Under the pieces are notes generated by a model. It had not been told where the DNA came from, ran no database searches, and worked only from the letters and a program-made list of their open reading frames with translations. DNA of 38,987 nt, from NCBI GenBank assembly GCA_027028725.1, contig JALVIB010000017.1:1-38987 (forward strand), written 5' to 3'. The translations under genes and the position numbers were made by a program. Source of the DNA: Candidatus Altimarinota bacterium. GTDB lineage: Bacteria; Patescibacteriota; Gracilibacteria; UBA4473. This document shows positions 37,141-38,987 of the stretch, in pieces. Position 1 is the stretch's first letter. Each line of letters starts with the position of its first letter.

Positions 37141-37947
37141 ATGTTAGCGAAACCACTTGAAGTTAGTGCCAAAAACTTACATTCACCAGCCGAAATGCTG
37201 GAAAAAACCCGCGAATTTTTGCAAAAAAATCCGCAGGGGATTATTGAAATTCTGGGCCCAACCGCTTCCGGAAAAACCGGCTATTCCATTTATTTAGCCA
37301 AATGGATTGAGGAAAATTTCGCGGAAAAATGCGAAATAATCTCTGTCGATTCGCGACAAGTTTTTCGCGAGATGGATATTTCGTCTGCCAAGATTACAGA
37401 GGAAGAAATGCAGGGAATTCCGCACCATGGACTTGATTTAATCAATCCGGATGAAGATTTCAGTGTGGCGGATTTTCAGAAATACGCTTTTGAAAAAATC
37501 GCGGAAATTCAAGCTCGCGGAAATCGCGTGATTTTATGCGGGGGAACGATGTTGTGGCTGGATGCGATTAGTGAGAATTATATTTTTACCGATAAAAAAG
37601 GAGTGAAATCGAATAAAAAAGGAAAACCGAAGTGGCCGGTTTTCAAAATCGGGATGTATTGGAAGCGTTCAAAGTTATACAAACGGACAGATTTGCGATC
37701 GGAATTGCTTTTTGAGCAGGGATTGATTGCAGAAACCCGCGAAATTTTACAAAAATATCCCAAGATTACCAAAAGTGCGCTAACGAGTTTCGGATATTTA
37801 GAAATTAAACAATATTTAGACGGAGAAATAACTTTAGAGCGGGCGCTAGAGCTAAACAAGCAAAAAAATCGCAAATATGCCAAACGCCAGCTGACTTGGT
37901 GGCGTGGGCGAGATGATGTGCATTGGTTAAGGGCGAAGGATTTATAA
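37141..37947 (+). CDS. miaA: tRNA dimethylallyltransferase
   Basis: ILGPTASGKTG P-loop, ISVDSRQVFREMDISSAK, GIPHHGLD and KRQLTWWR. Confidence 0.92.
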   Translation: MLAKPLEVSAKNLHSPAEMLEKTREFLQKNPQGIIEILGPTASGKTGYSIYLAKWIEENFAEKCEIISVDSRQVFREMDISSAKITEEEMQGIPHHGLDLINPDEDFSVADFQKYAFEKIAEIQARGNRVILCGGTMLWLDAISENYIFTDKKGVKSNKKGKPKWPVFKIGMYWKRSKLYKRTDLRSELLFEQGLIAETREILQKYPKITKSALTSFGYLEIKQYLDGEITLERALELNKQKNRKYAKRQLTWWRGRDDVHWLRAKDL

Positions 37948-37962
37948 AATTTCGCGGGATTT

Positions 37963-38586
37963 TTAATTAAAATTAGGGTCAAGCGGTAGAGTTCTAAATC
38001 TTATATAATGTCCAGCTTCTGGGTATCCTGTTTCGTCTAAATCTAGAGCTAATCCATTCCAAGTAGAATTAACTCTTTGGCAATTATTGTTTTTATATAA
38101 CCGTACATAATTATGCAGTCTTCCAAAGTTTTCATATTTATAATCCCCCGGAATATTAGAAATATGATTTTTTATGGAACTGTTCCCATAAAAAACAAGA
38201 ACCTCATCTAAATATTGTTCAGCAGAGACAAGTAAAAATTTACTATTGTCATAGGCTTCACGGATAAACACATAACAATCTTTTTCGGCAGGCGGAAGAG
38301 TGATGCCTTTTTCTTTTAATTTATCTACGATGCATTTTGTAGTATTGTTTATTTCATCAGTGGTGCCAGTACAACCTTCCTGAAATTTAATATTTCCAGT
38401 TTCGAGTGATTCTAGAAGAATTATTTTTTCAACCTGTTTTAATTCGGATATTCTTTTAGTGTCGCGAGATTTCTTCTGATAACCACTAAAAGTAGTTACG
38501 GAAACCGTCGCAAGAATACCAATGATTACAATCACCACCAAGAGTTCAATTAGAGTAAATCCCGCGAAATTTCGTTTGTTTGGCAT
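37963..38586 (-). CDS. Type IV pilin / pseudopilin with a prepilin N-terminal cleavage-methylation domain
   Basis: The leader MPNKRNFAG is followed by FTLIELLVVIVIIGILA. The globular part contains 4 Cys. Confidence 0.85.
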   Translation of the reverse strand: MPNKRNFAGFTLIELLVVIVIIGILATVSVTTFSGYQKKSRDTKRISELKQVEKIILLESLETGNIKFQEGCTGTTDEINNTTKCIVDKLKEKGITLPPAEKDCYVFIREAYDNSKFLLVSAEQYLDEVLVFYGNSSIKNHISNIPGDYKYENFGRLHNYVRLYKNNNCQRVNSTWNGLALDLDETGYPEAGHYIRFRTLPLDPNFN

Positions 38587-38830
38587 TTTGAAAGAGTTTT
38601 TTCCAGGGAAAGTATATCAGAACTAAAATCAAGACCAAAACCAAAATTATTTTTTCGCCTTTCGATAAAAACTCAAGATAAACGGGAATTTCCCTGTTCT
38701 GTTATTGCAAGCGATATTAAAAGTTGAATTTTAAAATAAAGCGCGGCAATCTTTTTCTAAAATAGGAAGTAGATTGCTTCGTCATTCTTCCTCGCAATGA
38801 CGATGCTATTTTTTCGCGGGATTTTGAATA

Positions 38831-38862
38831 AAAAAAAGAGCGACGATGTCGCTCTTTTTTCT
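38831..38862. terminator. Bidirectional rho-independent terminator
   Basis: The hairpin AGAGCGAC-GAT-GTCGCTCT is flanked by an A-run and a T-run. Confidence 0.6.
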
Positions 38863-38878
38863 TATTTTTTATAAAAAT

Positions 38879-38986
38879 CTAATCGTTAAGCCATTTCAAG
38901 CTAGTGAAAGGTGAAAGCATGTTTTGTAGGAAATCACCAGTTCGGTAATTAGCTACTCTTTTTTTTGTTCCTTCGTATTTAGGAGC
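38879..38986 (-). CDS. 3' end of an unidentified gene (partial, continues beyond the window)
   Basis: An open frame runs to the window edge (..APKYEGTKKRVANYRTGDFLQNMLSPFTSLKWLND*) and is followed by the terminator. Confidence 0.3.
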   Translation of the reverse strand, partial: APKYEGTKKRVANYRTGDFLQNMLSPFTSLKWLND

Positions 38987-38987
38987 A

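Overview
This is an AT-rich (roughly 38-40% GC by eye) 39-kb chromosomal fragment. It is densely packed with housekeeping genes read in the standard code (TGA is used as a stop at 9983 and 13388). Confidently recognised genes are uvrB, dnaK, purB, miaA, rpmB, holA, recO, ftsX and pilD. Also recognised are a type IV pilin, a PorB-type 2-oxoacid:ferredoxin oxidoreductase beta subunit, a class I/II aminotransferase and a Pif1-like helicase. The rest are a TrmH/SpoU methyltransferase, a MOP-family flippase, a secreted tandem SNase-type nuclease, tRNA-Ser(GCU) and tRNA-Arg(CCU). One cluster comprises rhodanese, a CsoR/CstR-family repressor, an RND adaptor, an RND pump, DUF302 and DUF2892. Gene content and the intergenic palindromic repeat families suggest an uncultivated small-genome bacterium (Patescibacteria/CPR-like); this is inference only. 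The dominant feature is not a gene cluster. It is a short DNA word, consensus AAAATCCCGCGAAATTTT (reverse complement AAAATTTCGCGGGATTTT). By hand count, its 8-nt core CCCGCGAA/TTCGCGGG occurs about 110 times, roughly one per 350 bp, where fewer than one copy is expected by chance. Copies occur in both orientations, in almost every gene, in all reading frames and at most gene boundaries. In conserved proteins such as DnaK and PurB the word is fitted in by substitution without any length change. This resembles Neisseria DUS and Pasteurellaceae USS but at higher density. The window also encodes PilD, a pilin and a secreted nuclease, so I propose a DNA-uptake or self-recognition sequence as the leading hypothesis, still to be tested. 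A second layer is made of at least four families of short GC-rich hairpin elements. These are inserted in frame into real genes (RND pump, flippase, nuclease, PorB, TrmH, UvrB, RecO), analogous to Rickettsia palindromic elements. Several MITE-like or long-palindrome elements sit in the spacers.
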